A stretch of 64,000 bases of DNA from Candidatus Acidiferrales bacterium (GCA_963839315.1 CAWIUU010000024.1:129631-193630); one strand, 5' to 3'; counted from the stretch's first letter, positions 1 through 14,815 are shown. The notes: generated from the sequence alone by a model not told the origin. Translations and numbers: made by a program.

Positions 1-2289
1 GGGAGCTTTATTTCGAGCGTTTCCTGAACGAACAGCGCGGCGATTGCCCCGATATCGACATCGATATTTGCGGAGCGCGACGCGATGAACTGCTCGATTA
101 CGTTTACGCGCGTTGGGGCGCGGAGCACGTCGCCATGATCGGCAGCTTCATCACCATGCACGCGCGACTGGCGGTACGCGAAATCGCCAAAGTGTTTGGC
201 GTGCCCCCCGGCGAAGTGAACTTTTTCACCAAGCGCCTGCCGCACCGCCCGGTGCGCGAAATCCTGGACGCGCTGAAAATGCTGCCCGAAGGGCCGCACG
301 TTGCCGGTGAACGATGAACCCTGGAAAACAATTCTGCAGGTGGCGCTGCGGCTGGACGATGCGCCGCGGCACCTGGGGATTCATCCCTGCGGCACGGTGA
401 TTTCCGCGCGGCCGCTGACGCACCTGGCGCCGCTGGAGCGGGCGACGAAGGGCATCGTCGTCACGCAATACGATATGAACGCGATCGAGGCGCTGGGGCT
501 GATCAAGATGGATTTGCTCGGCCAGCGCGGATTCACCACCATGTCGCTGGCGCTGGACAATATTGAACCGGAGCCGTCATGGAGGAATCGCGGCGAGAAC
601 GATCGATTTCGGGCCGGGAGAGCCCTCGACCTCCGCTCTCCGCGAAGAGGATGCGGCAGAAGGCCAGGGAGTTGCCCCCGACGGCGTTACGCCGTGCCCG
701 AAAGCGCGCACATCGATTTCACTGCAATCCCCGAAAACGATCCAGCAACATGCGAAGTGATTGCCGCGGGGCGCACCATGGGCGTTTTTCAAATTGAATC
801 GCCGGCGATGCGCGGGCTGCTGCGAATGATGCAAGCGCGAACGCTGGAAGAAATAGCGCAAGCACTGGCGCTGATCCGGCCCGGGGCGGCGGAATACGGA
901 TCGAAAGAACTATTCATAAAACGATTGCGCCAACAAGAAAAGATCACCTATGCGCATCCTGCGCTCGAGAAGATTCTCGGCAGCACGCTTGGTGTCTGCA
1001 TCTTCCAGGAACAAGTGATGCAAATTTCGCAAGCGCTGGGGGACATGTCTTTAGCGGAAGCCGATCTTGTGCGGCGGTCTTCGGCAAAATACTCCGGACG
1101 ACGTGACTACGATCGCTTGCATGGGAAATTCCTGAAAGCGGCAGAAATGATGGGGCTCACCAAGCAGCAGCGCGAAGAAACCTGGATGATGGTGGAGAAA
1201 TTCGCGGGCTTCGGCTTCTGCAAGGCGCATGCCGCCACCTATGCCGACATTTCCTACCGCATGACCTACTTGAAAACGCACCACACAGCGGAATTTCTGG
1301 CGGCCATGTGCAGCGCGGGCGCCGGCTTCTATCACGTTTCGGCGTATGTGGAAGAAGCGAAGCGCTGGGGAATCGAAGTGCGGCTGCCGTCGGTGAATCG
1401 CTCGCGGATGGAATACACGGCGGAACCGGCCGAGGAGGGCAAGCGCGCGCTGCGTGTGGGATTGATGCAGGTGAAGGGCCTGCGCATTGAAACTATCGTG
1501 GCGATCGTGCGCGAGCGGGAAGCACGCGGCGCGTTTCGTTCGCTGGAAGATTTTCTGGCGCGCGTTCCCACGGAGCGCGATGAAATCGAAGCGCTCATCA
1601 AATGCGGCGCTTTGGACGATGTCTGCAACATGACGCGCCCGGCCATGCTGTGGCAGTGGAATCTGTTGCAGGCGAAAAGGCGGGAAAAACCATTTCCTCA
1701 GGGGCTAAAGCCCTTTCCAGCGAACGGCTCAATGTCGGAGCTAAAGCTCCGACCCCCTAAAGAGGAGAATGCGACGGGCCACTCCACAACATCAACCAGG
1801 GCGCAAGAAGCATGCGGTGAGAGTTGGGTCGCACAAAAAGATGCGGCGGTGGGCATGCTGTTTGCGGAGATGGAACACGACGACTCGATCGCGCTGGCGT
1901 TGCAAGAGATCGACACAACCGATTACTCGCTCGAACAGAGGCTGCGCTACGAACGCGAAATCCTGGAAGTGTGCGTCAGCGGCCACCCGCTGGATTTCCT
2001 GCCGCGTCGCGGGGAAACCTGGAGCGACGAATTGCCGCAACGGCACGGAAAGCGCGTGACGCTGTGCGGCTGGGTGGTCACCTACCGCCACGTGGGCACG
2101 AAAAATTATCGCAACATGATGTTCGTCACGCTGGAAGACCAGCGCGGGCTCTACGAAGTGATTCTCTTCCCCGACGCCTACGACAAATTCGGCGGGCTGG
2201 TGTACGAAACGCGCGCCATGCGTGTAACGGGCGTAGTGCAGGATGGGGAGCATATTAACGCGGAGTCGCTGGAGAGGTTGAAGGAGTGA
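1..2289 (+). CDS. dnaE2: DNA polymerase III alpha subunit, DnaE2/error-prone-like (5' partial; frameshift near 300)
   Basis: Motifs FERFLN..CPDIDID, PRHLGIHPCG, GLIKMDLLG, GVFQIESPAMR, FCKAHA and a C-terminal OB fold (MMFVTLED). Split between ORFs 135-317 and 301-2289. Confidence 0.85.
1696..1760. repeat. REP-like double palindrome inside the dnaE CDS
   Basis: GGGCT-AA-AGCCC (1702-1713) and GTCGGAGCT-AA-AGCTCCGAC (1734-1753); both are perfect stems with an AA loop. Confidence 0.75.
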
Positions 2290-2383
2290 ATGATGGCAGT
2301 GCAGCGATCAGGAACCAGGAAAAGCCAACATCTCGCTCGTAGTTTTGCCTCCGATATCTGGCTCTGATTTCTGATAACTTACA

Positions 2384-2692
2384 ATGATTCGACAAACCAA
2401 TCACGCGCCACAATCACCTGAGCCGCAAAACGGCCGCCCGGTGGACACCGCCGAGGGCTGGCTGGGGCGCAACCGCGGGGACAAGCGGCGACTTTGGGAA
2501 CGGCTGAATCCACGGCACAGGAAAGAGTTGCGGCTGCTCGCGGAAGCGCTGGCGCTGCAGCAAACTCACGCGCGCCTGCCGGAACCAGCGCGTTCGCGGC
2601 TGGACGCAGCCATCGCAGAACTGGAGCGCGTCGTGCGTCGCGTGGGCGCGATTCTGGCGGAGGTAGCACGCCGGACACCGCCGCCCCGCTAA
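2384..2692 (+). CDS. hypothetical protein
   Basis: 102-aa ORF with helical/coiled-coil character filling the intergenic gap; no recognised motif. Confidence 0.45.
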   Translation: MIRQTNHAPQSPEPQNGRPVDTAEGWLGRNRGDKRRLWERLNPRHRKELRLLAEALALQQTHARLPEPARSRLDAAIAELERVVRRVGAILAEVARRTPPPR

Positions 2693-2731
2693 CTATTGCT
2701 CCCTCCCGGCGGGGGGTCGCATACTCTCGTT

Positions 2732-3759
2732 ATGGGCGCACCTCAGTAATCGCCGCATCTATCTAGGCTTGTTCGCGCTGCTCGCGACCAGCCTTACCGC
2801 GACCTCCGGCCGTGCCGACGAGATTCGCTTGAAAGATGGAAAGAAACTGTACGGCGTAATCGTGGCGTACGAAGACAACATGTTCAAAGTGAAAACCGAC
2901 TTTGGATACGTGTTGGTGGAAAAGGACAAAATCGCGCAGATTATCCCGAATACACCAGCGCAAGGAGAGGCAGCAAAAACAGAGGCTCAGCCCGCGGCAA
3001 AACCGGGCAACGAAACACAGCCAAAGCGGAACCCGCGGTGGCGAGTTCAATAGCACGACACTCTGGGTGACCAACGCGAGTGCAAAGGACAGCGCGCCGC
3101 CAGCACCAACAAAACGCGAAAGAGCGGCAGCGATCGTGAACAACGCCAACACGAGACCGGCAATTCCTACGGCCTCCGGCAGACTGCAGATACTTCAGCA
3201 CCCGACGCTAAAGGCGTCGGGAGTGCGCCGAAGACCACGCTGGCTACCGTGACCGCCCCACCGCCGCCGCCAAAAGAAGAGCCGCCCGCAAATCGCGAAG
3301 AAATTCAAGGCAATCTGTATATCAACCATTCGCATGGTTTCCATATGTACAAGGCGCCAAGCTGGCAGGTGATCGAAGGCGCGGGGCAGACGCTGCCGAA
3401 CGCGATTGTGGCCATGGGCACGACGAATGAATCGACGCTATTGGTGGTAGGGCTGGAGAAGACGAAGGCACCGCTGGAAAGTGCGGCAAAGACGGTGGAG
3501 ACACGGCTGCACGATGTGTACGAGAACTACCGGCTGATTTCAGAACGCAAGACGTGTGGTTAGCGGGCTACCGGCCATCGAGTATCACTATCGCGGCATG
3601 GCGGATAATCATGACTGGTCCGGCACGCTGGTGGTGGTTTCGCGCGGCGCAGACGTGTTCACGGTGCTGGGCATGACGTTTGCCGATACTGACCTGATCC
3701 AAATTCAGGAGAATGTGATCGCCCGATCAATCACCAGCCTGGATTTCAACACAAAATAG
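2732..3759 (+). CDS. exported hypothetical protein (signal peptide, Pro/Ala-rich linker); frameshifted
   Basis: Fragments 2769-3053 (signal peptide then DEIRLKDGKKLYG), 3249-3563 and 3556-3759 read as one protein. Confidence 0.6.
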
Positions 3760-3765
3760 GACAAA

Positions 3766-4733
3766 TCAAAGATACGGCGGCAGGTCCGGTGGAGAAGTGC
3801 GCAATCCCGGGAGACCGAGACGCGGAGTTAACTGGCGTGCGCTTCCGGGTGGCTTGCGGTTTTCGCGGATCATGGTGATCAGCGACTGCACGGCGCGCGG
3901 GAGGCTGCGATCGCGGCGGTAGACAAGCGCCAGTTCCCGCCATAGATCCACGCCATCGACGTTGAGCAATTTCACTTCGCCGGATTTGACCTGGTCGCGG
4001 GCAAAACTCTCGCTGATGATGGAAATTCCCACGTCGGCAGCCACAAACGTTTTGATCATGCCGATACTCGGAAGCTCCATGGCTACGCGCAAGCGCGAGC
4101 GGTAAGGCCGGAACAGCTTGTCCAGCACCTGCCGCGTGTAACCCGTTTTTGGGAAAATGAGCGGAGCGGAGGCAATTTCCTCCAGCGTTACATGGCTTTT
4201 TTGCGCCAAGCGGATTTTTTGCGCTGACCATAAAGCGCAAGCGATCGCGATTAATCGTATGCATTTTCAAGTTAGGCGATTTCAGTGGGCAGCGTGACGA
4301 TGCCGAGGTCCAGCGTCCCTTCTTCAAGGCGCTGCAGAATTTTGTGGCTGAAGTTGCGGTAGATGCTGATGCGCACCAGGGGAAACTTTCGCTGGAACTC
4401 CGAAAGAATGTCGGGCAAAAGGTAGAGGCAGGTGGCTTCGTTGGCGCCAAAGCTGACCGGCCCTTGGACCACGTTGCCGCGGTCGGCAACCACCTGCATC
4501 GATTCGTCACGCAAGTGCAGCAATCGCTCTGCAAATTCAAACAACACTTCGCCGGCGGGAGTGAGTTCGACGGACTTCGCCGAGCGATCCAGAAGTTTCG
4601 CTCGATACGCCTGTTCGAGCTGGCGAATCTGCGCGCTGACGGCCGACTGCGAACGAAACACTTTTTGGCCGGCCTTCGAGAAGCTCTTGAGTTTAGCAAC
4701 TTGTACAAAGGTAGTTAGTTGGTCAAAGTCCAT
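3766..4733 (-). CDS. LysR-family transcriptional regulator (frameshifted ~4200-4280)
   Basis: N-terminal HTH MDFDQLTTF..SFSKAGQKVFRSQSAVSAQIRQLE; the substrate-binding domain continues in ORF 3766-4209. Confidence 0.9.
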
Positions 4734-4866
4734 AGTTGGATTCTCGTGTAGGAGTATACCCAATACAGGCTAAAGATTTGCTAAAGATCCTGAGCGGCTC
4801 AGGCATAGTGCGGAACAGGCCCCTTGGGGACGGCCAGCAGATCGGCCGGGGTAGCGGGCAGTTGGA

Positions 4867-7800
4867 TTAGCAAGGCTGTGCGGGAAAAGCGCGCCAGGCC
4901 GTTTCCAGCGTGCCCTGGAAGTGAACCGGTTGAATGCGAAGGAAAGGCAATCTCTCTTTCTGCAAGAGCAGACGAAATGCTACGGGACTGCTGGTGTGAG
5001 CGACGTGCGTCTCCAGCAGGCGGCGCAAATGCTGCTCTTCGTCGTCCTCAAGTTCATGCGCTTGCACGAATTCCTGGTTGAGCACGTGTTCCGCTTCGTG
5101 GCGGAGTACATAAGCAAGTCCGCCGGTCATTCCCGATCCAAAATTCAGTCCCACCTGCCCAAGAACGGCGACGATGCCGCCGGTCATGTATTCGCAGCCA
5201 TGTTGGCCCAGGCCTTCCACAACGGAGACTGCACCGCTATTGCGCACAGCAAACCGCTCGCCGGCTTGGCCTGCGATGAACAACTGGCCAGACGTTGCGC
5301 CGTACAAAACGGTATTCCCGGCGAGCACATCGCCGCGCTTTGAGGCAGTGTTACCCGCACGAATCACAATCATGCCACCGGAAAGGCCTTTGCCCACGTA
5401 GTCGTTGGCTTCACCGCAAAGTTTGAGGGTAATTCCGTTGGAGAGAAAGGCTCCAAAGCTTTGCCCCGCAGAGCCGCGGAATTCGCGGGTAATTGGGCGC
5501 GAATCCTTGTCGGACAAGCGAAGCCGCATGCGTTCGCCGCTCAAATGTGTGCCAATGCTGCGGTGGAAATTCTGAATTGCGGTAGGCGCAGCCTGTGCGG
5601 AACGCGGATAATCCAATTCCTGCTCGACTTCTACCAGGCCGGCATCCAGCACACTGGACTGCAATGGAAGCACGCGGCGCGCTTTCGACGGTGGGATCAC
5701 CAGCAAGGCGTCCAATCCGGAACTCGTCTCCAGCCGATCATACCAGCCGCGCAATTCGGTGAGCGTGCGCACTCCAAGCTCTGAAAGACCTTTGCGAACT
5801 TCTTCGCCAAGCGGCGCGGAAATATTCGACCACCATCTCTGGTTTGCCGTTAAAGCGCAGGCGCAAAGTTTCATCCTGTGTGGCAATTCCCACCGGACAG
5901 GTATTCAAATGACATTGGCGAGCCATGACGCAGCCGATGGCCACGAGTGCCGCGGTGCCAAAACCGAATTCATCGGCCCCAAGGATCGCGCCAATCAGGA
6001 TGTCGCGCGCGAAGCGCATACCGCCATCGACGCGCAGAGACACTCGTGAACGCAAGCCCGCGCGCAGTAGCGTTTCATGGGTGTCACGCAAGCCGATTTC
6101 CCAGGGCAGTCCCGTGTTTTTGATGGACGTCAATGGCGAGGAACCTGTGCCACCGTTGTGGCCGCTGACGGTAATCACGTTGGCGCCGGCCTTGGCGACG
6201 CCCGCGGCGATAACGCCGATGCCGGAACCGGAAACGAGCTTCACGCCGATACGCGCATTGGGATTCACGGCGCGCAAATCGTGAATCAACTGCGCGAGAT
6301 CTTCGATGCTGTAAATGTCGTGATGCGGCGGAGGCGAAATGAGGGGCGTGCCCGGTGTGGCATGACGAATGCGCGCGATGTACTCCGTTACTTTGCGCGC
6401 GGGCAATTGGCCGCCCTCGCCTGGCTTTGAGCCTTGCGCCATCTTGATTTCGAGTTCTTCGGCGCGGACCAGATATTCGGCAGTCACGCCGAAGCGGCCG
6501 GAAGCCACTTGCTTCACCTTGCATGCGGCGTTGCCCAGTTCGTAGAGGTCGGGATCTTCTCCGCCTTCGCCCGTGTTGCTTCGCCCACCCATTTGATTCA
6601 TGGCAATGGAAAGGGTCTTGTGCGCCTCGGGGCTGAGCGAGCCGAGTGACATCGCTTGCGTGCTGAAGCGGCGCAGAATGAATTCCAGTGGCTCAACTTC
6701 CGAAAGCGCCACAGGCTGCTCGGGAACCATCTCCAGCAGATCGCGCAAAAACGTGGCGCCCTCCGCCTTGCTCAGTTGCTCAATGGCGCTGAATTCCGAT
6801 TGCCCGGCTTTGCGGACATGCGCGTGTACGCGCCGCACAAATTCCGGGGAGTTCGCATGTAATTCCGCGCCCTTGCGGAAGCGGAACAAGCCGTTGTCGA
6901 CGAGATCTTCCGTGGGTCCGGCATAAGCCGCGGCATGCATTTTCAGATAGTCCTGCAACAGGAGATCGAGAGTCTTCGTGCCGGGATAATAGCCGGCGTC
7001 TTCGAAGAACTCGCGGCAGATGTCATCGTCGAGGCCGAGAACTTCAAACAGATGGCTGTTGCGATAACTAGCCAGCGTGGAAATTCCCATGCGCGCGATT
7101 ACTTTGCGCAATCCCGCGTACATGCCGGCGCGCACTTTTTCAAACGAGCCGGGCTCCTCCGATTCGGCGAATTCTTCGGCCAGATATGGCACGACGGCGC
7201 TGGCACCCGCGGCAATCAGCATGGCGACGTGATGTGTGTCGTAGATCTGCGCGGTCTCCACAACCAGGGGCACATCCGTGAGGCCCTGCGCCACCATGCT
7301 CTTCCACAAAGCAGATGTAGCCAGCAGTGCCGGCACCGCCGCCCGATCCGCGGCTGACGGCACGATCGGAAAGGAGGAGGAGTCCCGGACGCACGTCGCC
7401 ACTCAGAGGGGTAGTGTTGCACTGAGTCAAACAACGGCGCGCTCCCGAGACTCCTTCGTTGGCAGGAAAACTAAAGTCGAGAACTTCTGCCGAACCGAGC
7501 GACGCGGCAAGAACGCCGAGTTCCACGACGCTGATGATCGGACCGCCGAGAAAATGACCATGACCCAGTGGCACTTCCAAGGACATTACGTGCGATTCGC
7601 GCAGCGGATCGATCGGAGGATTCGTGACTTGCGCGAAACGTTGCTTGCAGTAATCCCACAGTGGCCGCGTCAATGCCGAAAGGAATGCCGGCGGCGCGTC
7701 GTCTCCCATGCTCCAGTCAGCTTCCTTGCCGTTTAAGCAGCGGGCGAAACAGAATTTTGTACTGATCATCGGACCATCCCGCGGCGCCCGCGAGGCGCTT

Positions 7801-9155
7801 CGGTTCATCCACGCGAATGCGGCAAGCCGGCGTTTCCAAGTGAACGCGGTTCCGCTGAGCGATGGCTTTGCGAGGATACTGGTGTGCCACACTTTTCAGC
7901 AATTCGCGCCAGCGCAGCAGGATACCCTTGGCCGGATTCGCCAGAATCATTTCACCGGGACCCAAACGATGGCGCTCCGCGATCCGGGATTCTTCCAGAT
8001 CGACAAGCCCGGTTTCAGATCCGGCAATCACCAATCCATCGTGCGTCACCGTGTAGCGCATCGGCCGCAAACCATTGCGATCCAGTTTCGCGCCCACGGA
8101 AGTGCCGTCGCTAAACACCAGCGCCGCAGGGCCATCCCACGGTTCGGCTTCATGCGACAACATTTCCAACGCGCCTCGCACATCCGCAGAGAGAAACGGA
8201 TCGTGCAGGAATGCCGGTGGCACCAGGGAAAGCATCGATGCCTCTACCATCTTTCCTTCCAGAAGCTTGATTTCCAGTGCGTTATCAAAGCTGGCGGAAT
8301 CGCTGACGTTTTCTTCGAGCAGGTGAAACCATTTGCCAACGCCGATGCGCTTGCGAATTTCGCGTTCACGTGCGCGAAGCCAGCGGCGGTTGCCGACGAC
8401 GGTATTAATTTCGCCGTTGTGCGCCACATAGCGGAACGGCTGTGCAAGCTGCCAGGAAGGTTCCGTGTTGGTGGAATAGCGCTGGTGGAAGATAGCAAAG
8501 TTGACGGCAAATTCCGGCCGGCAGAGATCCTCGAAGAAACGAGGAAACTGCCAGGGAGTCAGCAAGCCTTTGTAGACAATCGTGCGCGAAGAGAGCGAGC
8601 ACAAATAGCTGCGTTCGGGCAGCATCGCCTCTGCGCGTTTGCGAAGGAGCGCCAGGCTGCGCTCAAATTTATCGGCAGCGTTGGCCGCGCCGTTTTTGGT
8701 AGGCAAGCCGGCTCAATGAAGAACTGCCAGATCTCCGGCATGGTCTCGAAGGCGCGCTGTCCCAAGGCGTTGGAGTTCACGGGAACGCGTCGCCATCCAG
8801 CCAGCCGCAATTTGCCGCGCCCGATGGCGTCTTCCATGGCCGCGCGGGCATCGGAGTGGCGCGACACGGGTACAAAGAGCATGCCGACGCCAAACATCTC
8901 GCCCAAAGTGATCTGTTCTTCCGCCGCTCGCGCCCGGAAGAATTCCGTGGGCAGCGAGGTGAGCAAGCCCGCGCCGTCGCCACTGGCGCCATCGGCATCG
9001 ACACCACCGCGGTGCGAAAGGCGTTCAAGCGCCTGCAAAGCCATTTGAAGGATTTCGTAACGAGGCGGGCCGCTTAAACCAGCGATAAACCCAGTACCGC
9101 AAGCGTCATGGTCCGGGTGACCCCAGTTGGGTTGGCGCCGCTTGGACCTGAGCAC
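4867..9155 (-). CDS. gltB: glutamate synthase large subunit (several frameshifts)
   Basis: HDACGTGF amidotransferase start, [74 protein letters not shown] (3Fe-4S), [14 protein letters not shown]. Confidence 0.95.
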
Positions 9156-9265
9156 AGGCCGACTGATACATATCTAGTGTAATAGTCGGCATAGCTCACA
9201 AAGTACAATGCAGAATTTTTCTGGAATGAATCGGTTTCCTGAGGGCCGCGCAAGGGGCAAGTAGC

Positions 9266-10674
9266 TTAGAACTTCGTGACTTCGCTGAATTGGAAATTGG
9301 CGATTTTCATGGGGGGAACGACCATTTCGAAGGACTCTTCACCGGTTGCCCGGTGCGAGGGGCCCAGCAATTCGACATTCCTAAGCATTTCTAAAATCGA
9401 TTGATTGAATCGAAAATTCCGCACTGCCTGGCCCACTTTCCCCTTCTCCACCAGGAACAAGCCATCGCGGGTCATGCCCGTCATGATCTTCTCGTAAGGG
9501 TCCACCTCGCGGATATACCACAGCCGCGTGACCAACAGGCCGCGCCCGGTGGAGGCAATCATCTCTGCCAGTGAGGATTTGCCGCCCGCAATGATCAGGT
9601 TCATGGGCGCTTCGCCAAATTCGTTGGGAAGAGCAAAGCCGTGCCCGGTGGGCGTTTTGCGGGCCAGTTTTGCGGAACGGCGCGAGTAGACGAGATTTTT
9701 GGGGGTGCCCCGATCGACGAGCACAACGCGCTGTCTGGGGATGCCTTCGCCGTCGATACGGCATCCCTAACTGCTCGGGATGGTAGACGTCATCGATCAA
9801 GGGTGATGTTCTTGCCGACCAGAGGCTTGCCCATCCGTTCTGAAAGGCAGGAACGTTTGTCGTGGACAGCAGTGGCGGAAAAATCGTAGAAGAGAAAGCC
9901 AACAAGGTCGACTACGGCTGCCGGTTCAAGGATCACCGTATAACGGCCGGGAGCGAGTTCGATGGGATTCTGGGCACGCTCCGCCTTTTCGCCGGCAGTT
10001 GTGGCAAGTGCCAGGGGATCAAATTGCCGTATGTCTGCGGAATTTGCTTTGGCCCAACTCGTCGCCGAGCCGTGTTGCATGGTGATGGAAAATTCCGCTT
10101 GCGTCTGCCGGTAGGAAGCGAAAAGACCGCGCGAATTGCCTTGCAGGGTTTGGTTCTGCCCACTGGAAAACATGCCGGCAGCCACCTGGCCGCGATGCTC
10201 GGCGATTTCACACGCACGTTTCACGGCGCGGGCGCGCTCTTCCGCATTGAGCGATGCAGTTGCAGGGACAAATCTTTGCACCGCCGCGGTATTTCTGTTT
10301 CCCCGGCATTGGCAAAAGATGCGTGTCTTTCGGCTGGCTGGCTGCGAGTGACAAGCAATCATCCAGTGCCGCGCGTAGCGCGTCTTCTTCCAAACGGTTC
10401 GTGGTCACGCGCGCTGTACGGCCATCCACCGCGGTGCGGATAGAGACAACTACGCCGTGCTCCGCGACATGCTGGTGAATGGTGTTGTTTGCGAAGCGCG
10501 TGAGCGCGTCAATCGCTTCTTCCACGTGGACTTCGGTTTCTGGCATGCCGCGCGCTTTCGCCAAGCGCAACACGGTGTCAATGATTCCGCGCAATTCACG
10601 CTCGGGCCGCAATTGCGCGAAGCCGCGGCGTTCCGGAGCCGTCCGGGGCTTCGTTTTGGGATCTTCTTGCTCAT
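9266..10674 (-). CDS. TldE/PmbA family protein (frameshifted)
   Basis: TRFANNTIHQ, ELAPGRYTVILEP, LLVTRLWYIR, TGMTRDG, NFRFNQS across ORFs 10208-10612, 9790-10362 and 9266-9724. Confidence 0.85.
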
Positions 10675-12132
10675 TCGTTAGAGAAGGCTGTTCCGATCTT
10701 TACATTCCGGAATCGCGCAGGTGCGGCGCCATGACCCGTGCCCATGGTTTGCATGGGCTGGCCCTTTCCACAATTGGGGGTGCCCCACAAAGTCCAGTGG
10801 TCCGCGTTACAGATGGCGTCGCACGAATTCCAGAATTCCGTGGTAATCCCGCTGTAGCTGGGATTTTTCAGCATGCGAACTTTTTTGCCGCCACGAATCT
10901 CCCATGCAATTTCCGTGGAGAACTGAAACTGGTAACGGCGGTCATCGATCGACCAGGAGCGGTTTGTCTCCATGAAAATGCCGTCTTCCGTATCGGCGAT
11001 CAGATTTTCAGGCCTCCAGGTGCCAGGAAGAAGGCTTACGTTGGTCATGCGAATCATCGGCAGGCGGTTCCAACCTTCGGTGCGCATGGTGCCGCCGGAA
11101 CGATTCAGGCCAACCAGATGCGCAGTTTCGCGGCTGGAGAGATAGCCGCGGAATGCTCCATCCTTGATGATATCGATGCACTGGGCGGGTACGCCTTCAT
11201 CGTCGTAGGCAAACGAACCGAGACCAGGGCCATGCGAGATGCGTGCGTCTGCCACGACATTGACGATCGGCGAAGCGTATTGAAGGTGATTGAGTTTATC
11301 GAGGGTGAGAAAACTGGTGCCGGCGAAATTCGCTTCCTGACCGAGCACGCGATCCAGTTCAATGGGATGCCCGACCGATTCGTGAATTTGCAGTCCCAAC
11401 TGGCTGCCGCCCAGAATCAAGGTGCCGGTGATCTCCGGGCACTGTGCGGCGCCCGTGAAGTGCTGCCGCTTCTTCAGCAATCAGCGGGGCATGCTTCAGC
11501 AGTTCAAGCGATTCAATTAGTTCGTAGCCGCCTAAAATGTGTTGACCGCCAAAGCTGTTCGGGTAGGAGCGCTTCTGGATCGCATCACCTTTGAAGGAGG
11601 TGGCGGCAATCCCGCACCCGGAAGTGACGCGCCGCTGATGAATCCTGGAACCGCTGCTGGAGGCGAACCAGGAATCGGTCTTGCGGAATTGCAGATCCGT
11701 TTCCGTGAGAGTGATGCCCTTAACCTTGCGCATGGCGGCGTCGGCCGCGAGCAGCAAATCCAGTTGGGTATCCAGAGGAATCTCAAAGGGATCTTTTTGG
11801 CAAGGGGCTTGCCAACTGTCAATGTAGTTTCCTTCCGGCGCCAACTGAACATTTCCCTTTTTTGCCAGCGCGGAGGCTTTGGCAATGGCCACAGCTTGCG
11901 CCGCGCAAGCCGCCACACCCTCGCGTGTCAGTTGATCGGTGGAGGCGAAACCCCAAGCGCCGTTGGCGACCACGCGAATGCCCAGGCCGATGGACTCGCT
12001 CTGTCCTAGAGTGCCAACTTGCCCGTTTTTCGTGGTGAGATCCCGCTGGCGCATATGCATAACGCGCACGTCGGCGTACGAGGCGCCACGCAGTCGCGCC
12101 ACTTCCAAGGAATGTCCGCAATAATCCCACAT
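10671..12132 (-). CDS. tldD: TldD metalloprotease (frameshift ~11480)
   Basis: GIRVVANGAWGFAS, HESVGHPIELDR, YDDEG, CGKGQP. Confidence 0.9.
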
Positions 12133-12213
12133 GGCAAGCACCAAAACTAAGGGGCACGTGGTAGCGTGCCCCTTAGAGATACTATCAAATTGTTGTCGCC
12201 CAAATGGCCTTGT

Positions 12214-13566
<1,353 letters not shown>

Positions 13567-13629
13567 TCAGCTGCAGTTGTGAGAGAAAGTTCTTGAATGA
13601 GGCGTGATGGTGAAGAACGCCCCACCTGA

Positions 13630-14815
13630 TTAGCGGCGAGCCGCGACCTCGGCTTCAGCCCCGAGCCCTGCGGCTTTGCGCAAAGCATCGGCGCGGTCAG
13701 TACGTTCCCAAGTGAAACCATCGCCCTTGCGGCCGAAGTGGCCATAAGCGGCGGTGGCCTTGTAGACGGGCTTACGCAGGTCGAGTGTTTCGATGATGGC
13801 CTTGGGTGTCAGCTTGAAATTCTCGCGAACCAGCGCGGTGATTTTCTCTTCCGGAATCGTGGCGGTGCCAAAAGTATCGACCATCACGGAGACTGGTTCG
13901 GCCACGCCGATGGCGTAGGCAAGCTGAACTTCCGCGCGCGACGGCCAACCCCGCGGCCACAATGTTCTTGGCAATGTAACGCGCCATATAGCACGCCGAG
14001 CGGTCTACCTTGGATGGATCCTTGCCGGAGAATGCGCCGCCGCCGTGACGGCTGTAGCCGCCGTAGGTGTCCACGATGATCTTGCGCCCGGTTAATCCCG
14101 CGTCGCCCATCGGTCCGCCAATGACGAAGCGGCCGGTGGGATTGATGTGATATTTGGTTTTTGCGTCGAGCATGTGCGCGGGAATGATGGGCTTGATCAC
14201 ATGCTCCATGATGGCGTGGCGCAAGTCTTCGTTCGGAACCGTGTCGCTGTGCTGCGTGGAGATGACCACGCAGTCCACGCGAACAGGCTTTCCATCGCGA
14301 TACTCAACGGTGACTTGGGATTTTCCATCAGGACGGAGGAAATCGACTTTCTTGCTCTTGCGGACTTCCGAGAGGCGTTGCGTCAAGCGGTGGGCCAACT
14401 GGATCGGCATGGGCATCAACTCTTCCGTCTCGTTGCAGGCATAGCCGAACATGAAGCCCTGGTCGCCGGCACCGCCCGTGTCCACGCCCATGGCAATGTC
14501 GGGAGACTGGCGCTTGATGGTGCACATGACCGCGCAGGTGGTGGAGTCAAAACCATAGAGAGCGTTGTCGTAGCCGACCTGTTCGACGGTCTTGCGGATC
14601 AGTTCGTCGTAGTCGACGTGCGCGGTGGTGGTGATTTCTCCGGAAACCACGACCAAGCCGGTGGTCACCAGCGTTTCGCAGGCAACACGGCCCTTGGGGT
14701 CTTGCCGCATCACTTCATCGAGAACGGCATCGGAAATTTGATCCGCAATTTTGTCCGGGTGGCCTTCCGTCACCGATTCGGAGGTGAATAGAAAATTCCT
14801 CTTAGCTTCGCTCAA
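13630..14815 (-). CDS. metK: S-adenosylmethionine synthetase (frameshift ~13940)
   Basis: [43 protein letters not shown]; TTG start after an AGGAGAG RBS. Confidence 0.97.

Noticed and set aside
7708-9048. Long opposite-strand ORFs (also 10479-11594, 24366-25664, 37450-38613, 45309-45836, 45730-46740)
   Set aside because: Antisense shadows of well-supported genes in GC-rich DNA, with no motifs of their own.
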